A stretch of DNA of 64,000 bases from Tubulanus polymorphus (Eukaryota; Animalia; Nemertea), in the NCBI RefSeq assembly GCF_964204645.1, contig NC_134026.1:29484150-29548149 (forward strand), given 5' to 3'. The translations under genes were made by a program, and so were the position numbers. Each line of letters starts with the position of its first letter. The first letter of the stretch is position 1. Of this stretch, positions 39,114-51,500 are shown one piece after another. Below the pieces are notes generated by a model that saw nothing but the letters and a program-made list of their open reading frames with translations, ran no database searches and was not told the DNA's origin.

Positions 39114-39213
39114 TCAAATCAAAAAACGCGCCGAGGGTTTCAGGGTCGAGCGTCAGCACCTCGGCGCGAACCAGCTTCAACAGTCCCGAAAAAAGGTCAT
39201 ATTTTGTAGACAT
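39114..39213 (-). CDS. First coding exon of an orphan minus-strand gene (MSTKYDLFSGLLKLVRAEVLTLDPETLGAFFDL)
   Basis: ATG lies in an exon bounded by acceptor TTTTACATTGCAG (near 39338) and donor GTAAGT (39113); GC-rich; upstream non-coding exon and TATA promoter. Confidence 0.5.
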
Positions 39214-39962
39214 ATTCAAAGTTGAAGTTCAAGTTTTAATTGTTGAAGTTGTAATTGTTGTAGTTGTCGTTGTACTGCTGCTGTTGCTTTTATAACTGTT
39301 GCTTTTTTAACTGCTGCTGTTGATGCTGCTGCTGCTACTGCAATGTAAAAACAATCTTATAAAAATCAAGAAAATCGAAAATTATTGACTCTAAGAAATA
39401 GCTAAATCGAGTTTCTATTAAGTAATAATAATAATTAACATTAAATTATTTTATCATTATTTTCTTAATAATAGATATAGAAGCCAGCAGGATTAAGTTG
39501 AACGACGCTTCGAATGAAAGGTTTCTATGGATTCGAGTCATGGTTGAATAGACTGAGCTGTCTGTGTATTACACCTAGGCATGTCAACTAGCCGCTTTAG
39601 CGCGTAGATCTGAACACCAGAAAAACTGCTTCCGAAAATTTCATAAATAAGTTTAATAAATTTCCTCAATAAAATCACAATAACGTCTTCATTATTACGA
39701 GAGCGAAATTGCAAATCAAATGTTGAAATTTACTTCTAAATGTTAAAAACACCATTTGGACAATTTAGAGCAAAAGGAACGTCAAAATGGAAATGTCATA
39801 ATTAAACACCTATATGATATAATCCGAACTTTCGGAACTCTTGAAATTGTCTTACATAAAGCCGTATGCGAAACCTAAGGTCTATATGTATAAAACTTAC
39901 AAGTAAGATTGATAAATAAATTTGATCGAAAGAATTAAATTAAATGGACGACGTTTGCTCAC

Positions 39963-40050
39963 CTGAAAAATGGCCGAACTGGAAAGAGGGATCAGGTGAC
40001 CTGAGTTTTTATACTGACAGTGTGACGTCACTGATCCTGGCCAATGAGAA
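39963..40050 (-). promoter_or_regulatory. Pol II core promoter and short first exon (TATA, Inr, CRE, CCAAT)
   Basis: Minus-strand TATAAAAA at 40013-40006; Inr-like CCAGTT about 33 nt downstream; donor CAG|GTGAG at 39963; TGACGTCA at 40023-40030; CCAAT at 40041. Confidence 0.55.
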
Positions 40051-40309
40051 GTACCAATATTACCGCCAAGTTTAGAAAATCATTTTCTGATGGGATTCGA
40101 ACCTGATCAACGCCACAAAAAATTCCATTTGGTGCGAATCCACGCAAATTCAATTAATATTCCACTGATGTGTCCTCAGTTTACCCCAGTTATCTGTTTA
40201 ACTTAATCCGTTAACAAACTGTTTAAGATTCATTCTGAAAATCGATTTTAAGCAAACTGAACACATACAAAATCACATACGAGACAAACTTACACACCCG
40301 AGTGGTTAC

Positions 40310-40382
40310 CAAGATCTATGGTCTAGTGGTTAAAATTCCCGCCTGGTAAACCAGAGACCACAGCTTCGAGTCCTGCCACCGC
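40310..40382 (+). pseudogene. tRNA-derived fragment (SINE head or tRNA pseudogene)
   Basis: A-box GGTCTAGTGGTTA and B-box-like CTTCGAGTCC at tRNA spacing, but the acceptor and T stems do not pair properly. Confidence 0.5.
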
Positions 40383-40864
40383 TTAAATTCGCTTTTGATA
40401 ATTTGCCCCAAGTCTGTTTCTTTTTTTTAATATTTCAGATTGTGATGAGGGGTTGGCTTACTCGGTGATATTGATTTGAAGATGAAATAATTTTAGTGGA
40501 TCATGAATTTATGAAAAAGATTACAGCACCACTGACCCATGTTTAAAACCTACAGAAATATTTCGGATGATGGATGTAATTTCAGAGGGTATAATTTAAA
40601 ACGCCAATAAGAGCAGCCCCAAAATGTGATCAGTAGTGTGAGTGAGTGAAACCTGTGATGGCTCTCACTCTTAATTACGAATCTATTCGATTCTTATTCA
40701 GTACATACAGTCGGTCATTTACTGTTGGGTGCTGCCCCTATGTGTATAATAAACGGTAAATTTGTGAATTAACTGATTCCTACTGCGGCGCGCGAGTAAT
40801 AAGTTTGATCATATATTCACCGTCAACGATATGTATAGGGGCAGCACTTGACGGTTAAAATATG

Positions 40865-41160
40865 TATGGTTTCGAACCAGTATTTACACGGTTCGAACCC
40901 GGGACACCCCAGAGTACATCCTCTATTCAGCATCAGGGCCATTCGTGAACCACTTTCAGTAATTATTGGGTTCGTACCCGGGACACCCCTGTACATCCTC
41001 TATTTAGCATCAGTACCACTCTCGGACAGTACCCGGCCCGGTTCAAACCCGGGAGACACCCCTGTTCCAGCATCTCAGGACCACTCTGAACCAGTATCAG
41101 TAATTACTGGATTCGAACCCGGGACACCCCTGTACATCCTCTATTCAGCATCAGGACCAC
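40865..41160. repeat. Diverged 70-80-bp repeats with a GGTTCGAACCCGGGACACCCC core
   Basis: Core near 40890, 40969, 41040 and 41109; resembles a Pol III B-box. Confidence 0.7.
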
Positions 41161-41297
41161 TCTCTGAGACGCGGACTCTATTCAATCCGGACGCGTCCGG
41201 ATGTCTCCAATTACACTCGTTCATCGATCACGCGATCATCCGGATACAAGTTCATCATAGCATCAACAGGCAACCAGTCTAGGCGCTCAGTCTATTA

Positions 41298-41725
41298 CAT
41301 CCTCGCTTGCCAGGGGTCCGGTATCACTCCCGAACTCGCTTCCACCAGAGGCGTTTTTACGAGCATCCGATTTTTGCGATCGATCGTAGGAACGCATTTA
41401 CGAGCACCGATTTTTGCGATCGATTTCACGATCGGCGTTTTTACGAACACGATTTTCCGACCGATTTTTGAAATCGACCAACTCGCTCGGCGAGCGATTT
41501 GGCGATTTGATTTCCAAGATGGCGGCACCGGGTAGTTCAAAACCATACATTTTTTTCCTCAACGTCGCCATATTTATGTCATGTGATTAGCCAAATCCAT
41601 CGTCATTTTCACGAACGTTCGATTCGATCGTACGATCGGAGCAAATCGTTCACGAAATCGATCGCAAAAATCGGATGCTCGTAAAAACGCCTCAGGTTAG
41701 CCGAATCCCTTGACGGGTGAAGATG
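41298..41725 (+). repeat. 51-bp repeat copy 3 plus right arm: a complete 81-bp imperfect hairpin, interrupted by a MITE
   Basis: Removing 41349-41695 gives CATCCTCGCTTGCCAGGGGTCCGG...CCGAATCCCTTGACGGGTGAAGATG, whose ends are imperfectly complementary. Confidence 0.8.
41349..41692. mobile_element. PIF/Harbinger-type MITE, 344 bp
   Basis: Perfect 36-bp TIR AGGCGTTTTTACGAGCATCCGATTTTTGCGATCGAT; 3-bp TSD CAG (41346-48 and 41693-95). Confidence 0.88.
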
Positions 41726-44700
41726 GACAACCGTGTACGTTACCGCCGAGTCCGGTTCCGTGTCCGTACAATCCGTACAACTACAAATGAATTTGATGAA
41801 ATAAGTTGTATATTCATAATCTTATTTTAACGTAAAATATCTTTTTATTCAATAACAGTGCAAAAAATACACATTAAAAACCTCTAAAAAATTTATAATA
41901 AATTTGAATCGAGTGATGAAATAAATTTGAATCGAGTGATACCACTACCGAATCCACAGTGCTCACTTCACGACGGTTTATTCTACGACGTGGATCGAAA
42001 ATTGGACGCGGAATCGGACCAATACAATACCATAGAACTTTATTGAACTCTAAAATCTTACAATTAAAAAAATTCAATAAAGTACAGACAGGTAAAAAAG
42101 AAAGTTACATGAAAATCATACAGTTCGAATATGCATGGTGATAATGGTTGTAATGAAATATAATCGAAGAAAATAATTCGATCAATGCGAGGTCGACCGG
42201 CCAGGGACCCGCGGGGACAGGCTTGCCCGGTCGTCACAATTGTCACAGGGACTCGTCACAATTGATTTTGAATGAATAAAACCAGAATCAATGACCAACC
42301 CCAGTATCCTTGTATAAAACATTTTTTTTTCATATTATACAGGGATTCTAGGCTAAGGTCATTGTACTACCTTTTATCCAAGTCACGGCGGAGTGTGGGA
42401 AAACCACCTAGTCCTTCCATGTAACGAAGATGATCCCACAATAAATCCAATGAAAAGACGAAATGTTCTTAGATGTGATTATATTTTTTCGGCTATTAGC
42501 CATTGTTCAGTTCTAGCTATCATCAGTCATTCTCGGGCCGTTTGCGAGTATTGGGAAGAGAAATGAAAACGTCCAACCCGTACATGCGATCTGGTATTCA
42601 GATTATAGGCATCATTGGCCTAACCTTCGGAAGCGTAATACTGGGGCCCGGAAAGTCAAACGTTCTGCTTTTCGAAAGTTCACTGAAAGTTTCCCTGTCA
42701 ACTCTTAGCTCAAACAATAGCCACGTTTTTCCGCAATAAACGTACTGACATGACTTTGCCACCGCACACGCTTTGTCACGCGTTCACGAGTCTCACTCGG
42801 CTCATTACAAACAGAATTTAATCCGTGTACATTAAGTGTGTAGTATGATTTTAAGAACATAAAGCCGGTTTAATCATTTACAATAGAACCCGGCCGGGGT
42901 CGGCGCCATAGAAACTCGTCAACGAAAAATAATTTCAATCGTTTCTAGAAGGTGATCAGTACCGCACTACTGTACGCTACTTATATCTACTTGTTTTTCG
43001 TGGCCGTTTTAGAAAAAAAATCGAAATACAACGAGGAGCACTTGATTGAGATATGGAACACGACAACATGAAGGAATAGACGTTTTACTACTTATCAACC
43101 GAACAGATAGAGACATTCAGAGAAAGATAAGAAACTAAAGGGAGTTAATTAAGGTAAAATTTATGGTGGAAACTACGATAAGCAAAAAATAACCAACTTT
43201 GAAATGTTCTGAAATATCATACGAATTTGATTATAAATCAAGTTCAATTTAAAGATAGTTTCGTAAATTTCTATTTTTTTCATTTTATTCAGAATGATGA
43301 TTCACGTCATGTAACTATTATTCCATGGTTAACATAGTTAAAAATCGGTGCCATGTTCGTATTTATTATCCACTCATTATTCATTCATTGAGATGGGGAT
43401 TTAATTGAACGTGTTTTTAAGTGGGCAACTGCGTTACTAATGACGATTTCACGATTATTTATGACGAAAGAAATGTCTCCTTTCTTTTTGAAAATACCCA
43501 TTTCCTTTCTTTTTGAAAATACCCATGAAACGAACTTTGCTCGGGAAAATTCGTTACCTGAGTAATGCAGACAATGTCTATATTCCAGTACAATATTTGT
43601 TCGTAATTCTAAGGTTTGAGAACAATCACTATTATTATTTAGGCTGGTTTCAAAAGCAAATACTTTATCATTGAACGAATTCTTATATTTCTCTTTCAAA
43701 TTAAGATCTTTAATTTCAATAATTGAAGCGCAAATATACTGCCAATCATTTCGAGCAGATTTCGTGGGAGAAAAACTTGCATTTTCAACGTTCATTTTCG
43801 AAAGGCCCCTTTCGTTTGCACGATACTTAGTTTTCAGAATAGTAATGTTAAAATTTAGGCAAGATCGCACGTAATTGAAAAGAGAAACTTAAAACTGGCT
43901 TTCGTTTTGATTTTGCTATCTGCTGGGAATACGATCGAAAATAAACAACTGAATTTAACGTATATTTGCTAAAGCGCGGACCCGGCTCGGTTGTGTAAAT
44001 ATAAAATCCATCCATATCGGCTGCCACGCGGTGTGGGCTGTATAGTGTCGTCTGTCATAGGCGTTCATAGCAACAGGTTGATGTTGCTGGTGATAGTAAC
44101 AATCTCAACTAAGTCACTGGTGGATATTGAAAAAAAATCACTCCTCACAAGCTCGTAGCGAGCCACCGCGCCAGAATAGAAGCTGTTCTATTTGTAGGTA
44201 ATGCGTTAATAAAGGTTGATACACGTGATGTAGTGACATTGAGTTTATTGCTAAATATGTGAGGTGACATTGGGAATGTATGCGCTGTTGACGGGATACA
44301 AAACATGAATAAAAAAACAGATGAGGGATTCTTCTTACCTAAACTAGCTGAAAAATATCAGGTATGAGGATGAATAAATCAGTAAGCAAACATATTGAAT
44401 TTTCATCAGAGGTTCAACAATATATGTGCAGATTTCTCAAAAGTTTCATTGTTGATGTCATTTTGAAATTATATTCAATTAACCAAAATGTTCCAAAATT
44501 AATTCTAATTCAAGCTCACAGTCAGTGTTATGCGCGGTTTTGTATAGACTAATGATGATTATTGTGTGATCCATTAAGCGCTGAAATGAACAGATCGGTA
44601 ATTTCCAGCCAGTAGATTATCACACGATAATTTCGTTGTTGTTGTTGTCGAGTCTCATCGTGTTTGTCACTTGGGGAATTGTTGCCATAACAAAGACAGG

Positions 44701-45604
44701 TCATTGTCATGATTTATTCCAAATTGATGGAATCGCCAATCATTTGTTATTACCATTTCATCAATCAACAATATTACTGAAATATAATTGCCATATCGTC
44801 AATTTCTGATTCATTTTATTGATCTACGTATTTAAACAACATAAGCAAACAAAGTCAAAAGCTTCGTATAATCATTGTATATGATCGTGTCCAATAAATT
44901 CTCAATTTCTTTTTTTTCGTACCAAAGTCCTTTGCAGGCAAAGGTATCGGTATGTTGAATTGTATCGATCATTCAGTAGTTTTACGTCTTTATTTTTTGA
45001 AAGGTTTTTAGGTTCAGTTTGGGGCTGTCGAATAAATCGTATATTGTTCATTAAGTCATTAAAACTTTTCGCGCAAGTCCCCACTCAAACGAAATAAGCA
45101 ATCATAATTTTGTAAGCTTCGCACAAACCACGCACAATCATACTCGATCAATTATCACTCAAAGAACACTTATATCGTTCCTCGCGAAAACCAGATTTTA
45201 GGTCAACGTCATTTTGTTTGGTGGTACCGCTTATGAAAGGTAATGGTTTTTTCCAATATGTAATTCTCACGACTTATTTAATTGGCTCATTTTTGCCCTT
45301 AGTCGCGCGTGAACGCGTAGGACAATACTGTTTCATTTGATAGCATGTTGGTATTCGAATGTGCAGAAAACGCGTATTATCGACGACTGTCAGACTGACT
45401 TCTGTGGAGCCATTTGACAACCGCTTCATTCCTACAAGATCGACTTAATTTGAAAGACGGACCATCGATCCGTATATATGAGAAACTGAAACTCCTTCCT
45501 TGGATAACTAATATTTTTGCATATATATTCTGCCGTCTCTTCAGTAGACTGCCATCTGGTGAAATATTTGTAAGAGTATGTTTCCCATCAGACCAGTGTG
45601 TATA

Positions 45605-45643
45605 ACCAGGGAAGTGTGATGTGTCTCATCACACTTCCCTGGT
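45605..45643. repeat. Perfect 17-bp-stem hairpin
   Basis: ACCAGGGAAGTGTGATG-TGTCT-CATCACACTTCCCTGGT. Confidence 0.85.
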
Positions 45644-45800
45644 ATAACTATGTTGAGTAAATGAGTACTTACTATACTACTATTTTGAATGATAACGGAT
45701 AGAGGCTCCTACCTGCCTCCTTGCACTCTCTTCAGACCTCAATGATTTGGGATAGTCTAAGTCTATAGTTAATCGATGCAAAATTTTCTTTCAGGACACG

Positions 45801-47230
45801 ATGAAGCCTGAACCGGTGACTGCAGGTCGTGAAGCAGTTTACGGTTGGTATCCCCCACAATGGAATATCTATAACAAACCGATCTACAAACAGTTAGCGG
45901 GTTACGGTACGTTTCAAGATAAAGCTGCATTTTTATTTACGTTTATGTACATTTCTAAAAGTGTATATATTGTGATTATTATTTCAGATCAAGAATGTTT
46001 GTTCAAACACTGGTACAGCGCGTACACGGGACAAAAAGTGCAAGCACCCGTCCCCCCAGGGGCTGCGCGTCCGTATAATTCAGCTAGTAAACCAGAACGT
46101 TGTTCTACAACTGCATCAGAAAGGTCACCTCCGCGGTCTCCAACACGATCGCGGCCACCAAAGTCTCCTCCTAAACTAAATGGTTCGCATGCAGTTGATT
46201 TGTCTGTCCAAGCTGTTGCAAAACCGTTACAAGAACACCCACTGTCTCCTAGAAGCAGCATTCGCGCACATGGACCAACAACTAAAGAGGCTTGGACTGG
46301 AATCCCAGATACACAAGAAAGTCGGCCATCAACGGCTTATAGTATAGAATCAGTGCGTGCTACACCGGCTCCTAGAATACCCGTTCCAGATCTCAGAGAG
46401 TATTACAACCTCTACGGTTCATCTTCGGTATCGTCCGAGGATGATACCTCTCCCCCGGTCAGCCCTAGCGAATCAACAATGCTAGATGTACCGGTATGTT
46501 CCACCCCCCCAAAACCTACCACAAAACCTGTTCGAGTTAAAAGCGCCTCGTTAGTTAGATCTAGTCCATCGCCGCCACCCAGACCAATAAAGAGCGCAGG
46601 GCCGAGTCGTTCTAGGGCCGCAGCAGTTGCGACTGAGCTTTCACGGCCTCAAGCTCCCACCCCAGGTCACCAAAAATCATGTCCATCTCCTAGAACATTG
46701 CGTGCAAAGAGTGCCCCGGCTACTGGACGGTCGTTACCAACAAATCGTGAGAAAAAGCGTCCAACAACGGCGGCTTTAAAGATTAAACCATATTTGTCGA
46801 CATACGATCTACAATTGAGTAAATATGGCTGGAGAATGGAAGTTCCGGCAGATCCATTAAATCTCAAGTGAGTTTATGTTCAAATCTTTACAACCAAATC
46901 CTAGGAAAGACGTTCTGATCTTTCCTTGATATGTCTGTGTATTTAATGCAGAATTTTCAACGTGATATTTATTTTCGTTTCAGGCGTCCAATTATAGCAG
47001 ATCGTCTCGCCTATGCGACCAAATGTACGGAACCGACTTTAGCCGGAGAACCACCGCGAGTTCATAAAGAATATTTCGACACGTTCTTTATGAATACGAT
47101 ACCACGACGTAAAGCAACATTCACAATCAGCCCTGATTGGGCATCTGAAGTGCTTCATGCAAAACGAATAGAACTTCAAAAACGAGAAGGAATCAATTAT
47201 AGATATAAAAACTTCTCATTTGCTTATTGA
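45801..47230 (+). CDS. Uncharacterised protein with a Pro/Ser-rich centre and a globular-looking C-terminus (3 coding exons)
   Basis: Exons 45801-45906, 45988-46867 and 46984-47230 join in phase with GT-AG; C-terminus KYGWRMEVPADP...TIPRRKATFTISPDWASE...GINYRYKNFSFAY. Confidence 0.8.
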
Positions 47231-48371
47231 AATTAAACTATATATTCCTAGCGAATGAGGGAAGACCCCAATATACTGGCAAAAACGTTCCCAATAAGAT
47301 GATTTCCACTTGGTTTAGTTGAGTACATAATGTTATATATAACTCACTTGGCGATCGAAAGAAATATTTTTCAAACTGCTATAAGATAAGTTATACAAGA
47401 AATAAGGTGTGCATGGGGAATAGGTACGGGGTTTTACTCGTGTTTTTACCATTCGTCTGTGATAAACCTGGAACATACAGGCATTGGGATAATACGGGTT
47501 ATACTTAGAATCTTTTCAAATACTAAGATGTATTTTCTGGACTCTACTCGTTTTAGATTCTAACTAACTCCTTTTAACTTTCACGAAACCTTATCGGTAT
47601 CGCACACGGATCGTTATTTTTTATAGCCATTACGTATACATATCTTATTAAGAACGGATATCTATCAGAATTGTGTATGTATATTATATGATATTCTATT
47701 TACTGAGTTAAATAATAAAGATAATTGTTACCTACGAAATGGTTGTTACGCCAAGATATATGTAATTCACATAATTCGCAGGAAATTACGAAGTCAGTCT
47801 AATTCGAATTCTTAATCTTCCAGTGGTTTGAGATGACGGTTCCATTTCAAATTTATACATGAAATATTCGACAGATGGAAAGCGCAAATTGCACGCAAGG
47901 TGATAATTGCATTTCGAAGGTTAGTTAATTATTAACGCGTAGTTTCCGTAGCTTCCAAAATGCGATGTTTAAGCCGAGATGCAACTTCAGAAGAAAAAGG
48001 TTGAGCGGATTTGAATTTATGAAGCTAGTTCAAAAATTTTGGAAAGAGCGTCTTCTTGAAAACATTTGGAAGAAATGCGATCAACACGTATTTTGACAAC
48101 GATGGACTAGAATTTATAGTAGAATAGTCACACTCAAATGTGGAGAAGAGGTGATATAACAAAAACCCAACATGTAAAAATTTAAAAGCAAAGTTTTTCA
48201 TCAAAGATTCCAAATCTAAGATCATCGCAAGCTGTTCATACTGTTGATAGGGACAAAAGCGTCACCGTCGCACAAGCAACTCAGTCTGTTCTTTCTGTAA
48301 TTAACCGAGTAGAGCGGAAAAACATTTTGGTGAGACAGAACGATAACCACACTCAAACGTGGTGAACGGAT

Positions 48372-48527
48372 AATAAGATAAAAACCCACTATCTACAGAT
48401 TAAAAGACCTGACGATGATCTCTAGGGTGAGATCGAAACGTCGTGTATTCTATATATTTTAGATTGAATAAATAAATTCTTGTTTTTAAATACTTTTAAT
48501 CTGTAGATAGTGGGTTTTTATCTTATT
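48372..48527 (+). mobile_element. Penelope-like pLTR remnant with a hammerhead ribozyme core, flanked by a 35-bp inverted duplication
   Basis: CTGACGA-T-GATCTC-TAGGGT-GAGATC-GAAAC at 48409-48439; AATAAA downstream; 48372-48406 is the exact reverse complement of 48493-48527. Confidence 0.65.
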
Positions 48528-51500
48528 ATTTCGGTGAGATAATCATGAAAGTTTTATTCTATACGCATTTATCTAATATGAAGCTATACATTATTCCTCT
48601 AAGTAGTATAATCGTCCTATTCTGTGTAGTTATCAAATGCTTTTATGGACGTAGACAATCACGACATTTCATCTATTCGTAATGATGCAAACCTTTTAAG
48701 AAACATAAACCGGTAATGCAGTATTCAGAGATGCTGTTTATGGTTCGGTATCAAAACCTAGCAACATATATTTTACGGTACGGTGTGAATTTATTATCGG
48801 CGATCTGATAAATATCGGCTAAAAATAACCACGAAACTGATCATCTCTAACAAAAGATCAGAATCGATTCATCCAGGTTGAGATTATCAGTGACTGATAG
48901 TTTGAAAAACAATGATAGGACAAAGCGACTACGTTTTTCAGCAACCGGCACTCGAACAATCAGAGTTACTCGTCTTAAGACAAGGTGGGATGGAGAGTGA
49001 CCGAGGGTGCACGTTAGAACTTAAGAATTGACGATAGGAGATTGAATGGCCTGGAACTGGTGACAAGAACATGCTACAGCATGAATTGATAGCTGGTGTT
49101 TTCTATTGCGCTGTGTTTTACGCATTCATCTTTCGTAATGTTTGGTGACATACGGAACACGTCAGATAAAAATTAAAACAAATTCCGCGAGCGTCAAACA
49201 ACCTCGGATTAGGCTATCATCTGGGATACCCATGTCTGTGAACATTGTTCGAAAGATAAAGCACGTCCGGTCGCGCTGTTTTACAACTAACAGCAATTTG
49301 TAAAACTAACGCCAATAAGCCCATAAGCCGCCATCCGACGCTGGAAATATTGACGTCAAATTAAAACCGTTATATCGGGATGAATGTGTGTTAGCAGTTT
49401 CCATCAGTGACAAACTACTGGTTATAATTAGCGCGGCGAATCTCGACCGATCTACGTAATCATTGGCGCCGAAATCGGTGTCACCACTGCGATTGGTCAT
49501 CAGTCATCATGACGTAGGTATCCGCAGTTACGGTTTACCTTATAAGCCGGGTCTGAAGCGTTCAGTAGATGATGATAGTTATAGAGATGATTACAAACTA
49601 ATGCTCATCGTGGCCAAATTAAACTGAATTTTTAGGATTGGGACACAACTTGGAAAGTAAGTGCTAGAATGGTTGTAAGAATGTTTATTTTGAGAATTTC
49701 TTGTTCTGATTTCTTCCCGTTATCTTGTTTTTAACAAAAATCTATGGTATGATGTATTTCGTTTTGTTTGTTTATTTTGAATGTTTTTTTTTAATATAAG
49801 GTAAATGACCAAATGATTCAAAGAAGCATTTTTGGATAATTTCCTTCTTCAATCATTTAATGTAGAAAATTGGTGTTATTTCAGTGTATCGATTTCGTAC
49901 CATCATCTGCCTAATAGTTTTTTAAGTAAAAATCAATCAACGAATAAAACAAACGACTGAAATAGAATATCCATAGAACAGATTTATACGAGTCGTTATA
50001 ATCGCTCATTTTTCTTTCCGTTCGAATTTTCGATCTCTCTAAATTCATGCCAGGACAGAATAAAAGTGTTTATAGAAGTAATAAGTTGTGTATTTGGCCG
50101 TTTGCGTTCTCGGCGTTAGGTCGTCAAGTATAGACGTCAATAATGAGTGAGAAAGCACTCTAAACTCCGTTCAAAACGGCTGCGATCAACTCGGATAACC
50201 ATTAGATCTGGACCTTAAAATGTTGTGACACTAACCCCTTGTTTCGCTCCCGGCAGGTGTGTGGTGGGTTTGTGAGAGACACAAAATCAAAGTATAAATC
50301 ACACTAAATCTATACCAATTAAATGAATAACAGGATCAATCCCTATTATAAGGGAGTGGTTTATACTTTCACGTATCTAGTTTTTTAGGACGTGGAGTTT
50401 CCGACTAAGTGGTCCACAATATTCGAGTTGTCAAGTTTGTCACTTGGACGCAGTTCAACTGCGATCTAATCCATTAGGTTAATGTTTTTACCAATACTGC
50501 TGTTACCACTATCAGAAATATCACGAAATGAACCTCTTTCAGTTCATGTGGTCGCCACGCTATGAATCTGTCCGTGCAATGTGTTACGTATTACAGGGAT
50601 TCGAATATCACAGATAATGAAATATACTGATGATATTGTATCGATTGCTGTATATCAAATTCGATGTTTGACATTTAGGGGACATCATTTGACAGCATGA
50701 ATCCATTGATAGATGATGATTGACTTCGTTTGATTGCTTTTAGGCGCCAAATCACGTCACAAAGTTACATCTCTAGATATAGAAACGTACGCTGTGACTA
50801 ATTATCATTATCATTATGACCTGATGACGTCAAAGTATGATCGATATGAATGATGATTACGTATACAGTGAAATATTCATTCAAAATCGATTCAAATAGA
50901 CAAATATATAATTCATTATAACTTGAAAAAATCTCGTTATATTATTATATGATACGATTTTTCTAACCCGAAGATTGCTGGGAATCCCGAATATTCAGTT
51001 ATTCTCACGCATTTCATTGAATGAGGTGAGTTGAAGCACCCGGATATTTTTCACATTGTTTATTAATCCACACACACATATGAGGACTCTTTCGGTAAAT
51101 GCATAGTCTAGAACTGTTTAATGATTTCAGAATAGCCAAATCGTCCCCGTCTCCGTTCTAACCTGGTCTAAAGCATATGAAAGACATCTCGTGTTTATTC
51201 GACCTTCGAATTCACAAAGTCTCACATCATTTAATAAGAACATTCATAATGTATTAATATCTACATATAGACTGGGGATGAATCATTTATAATAGCGAAT
51301 CGAGTAAAAGGTTGCCATATTTATGATCTATCATCGAAGGAATGGTCTTCTTTCCTTGGCTTCTAAATCAAATTCATTTCCGTAGACACAAATATATTGA
51401 CATTTCCTGTGTGAAGGTTTACATTGTTCTCAGAAAGTTGAATGTCAGCAGAATCTAAAGATCACACCCGGGACGCTTTGAAGTCTGCATCGAATATTTC

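Noticed and set aside
42876-44000. Possible decayed Harbinger-like element (weak TIRs, EEHLIEIW MADF-like fragment) and the 161-aa ORF at 43385-43870
   Set aside because: TIR similarity is weak, frames are broken and the ORF has no recognisable motif; too uncertain to call.
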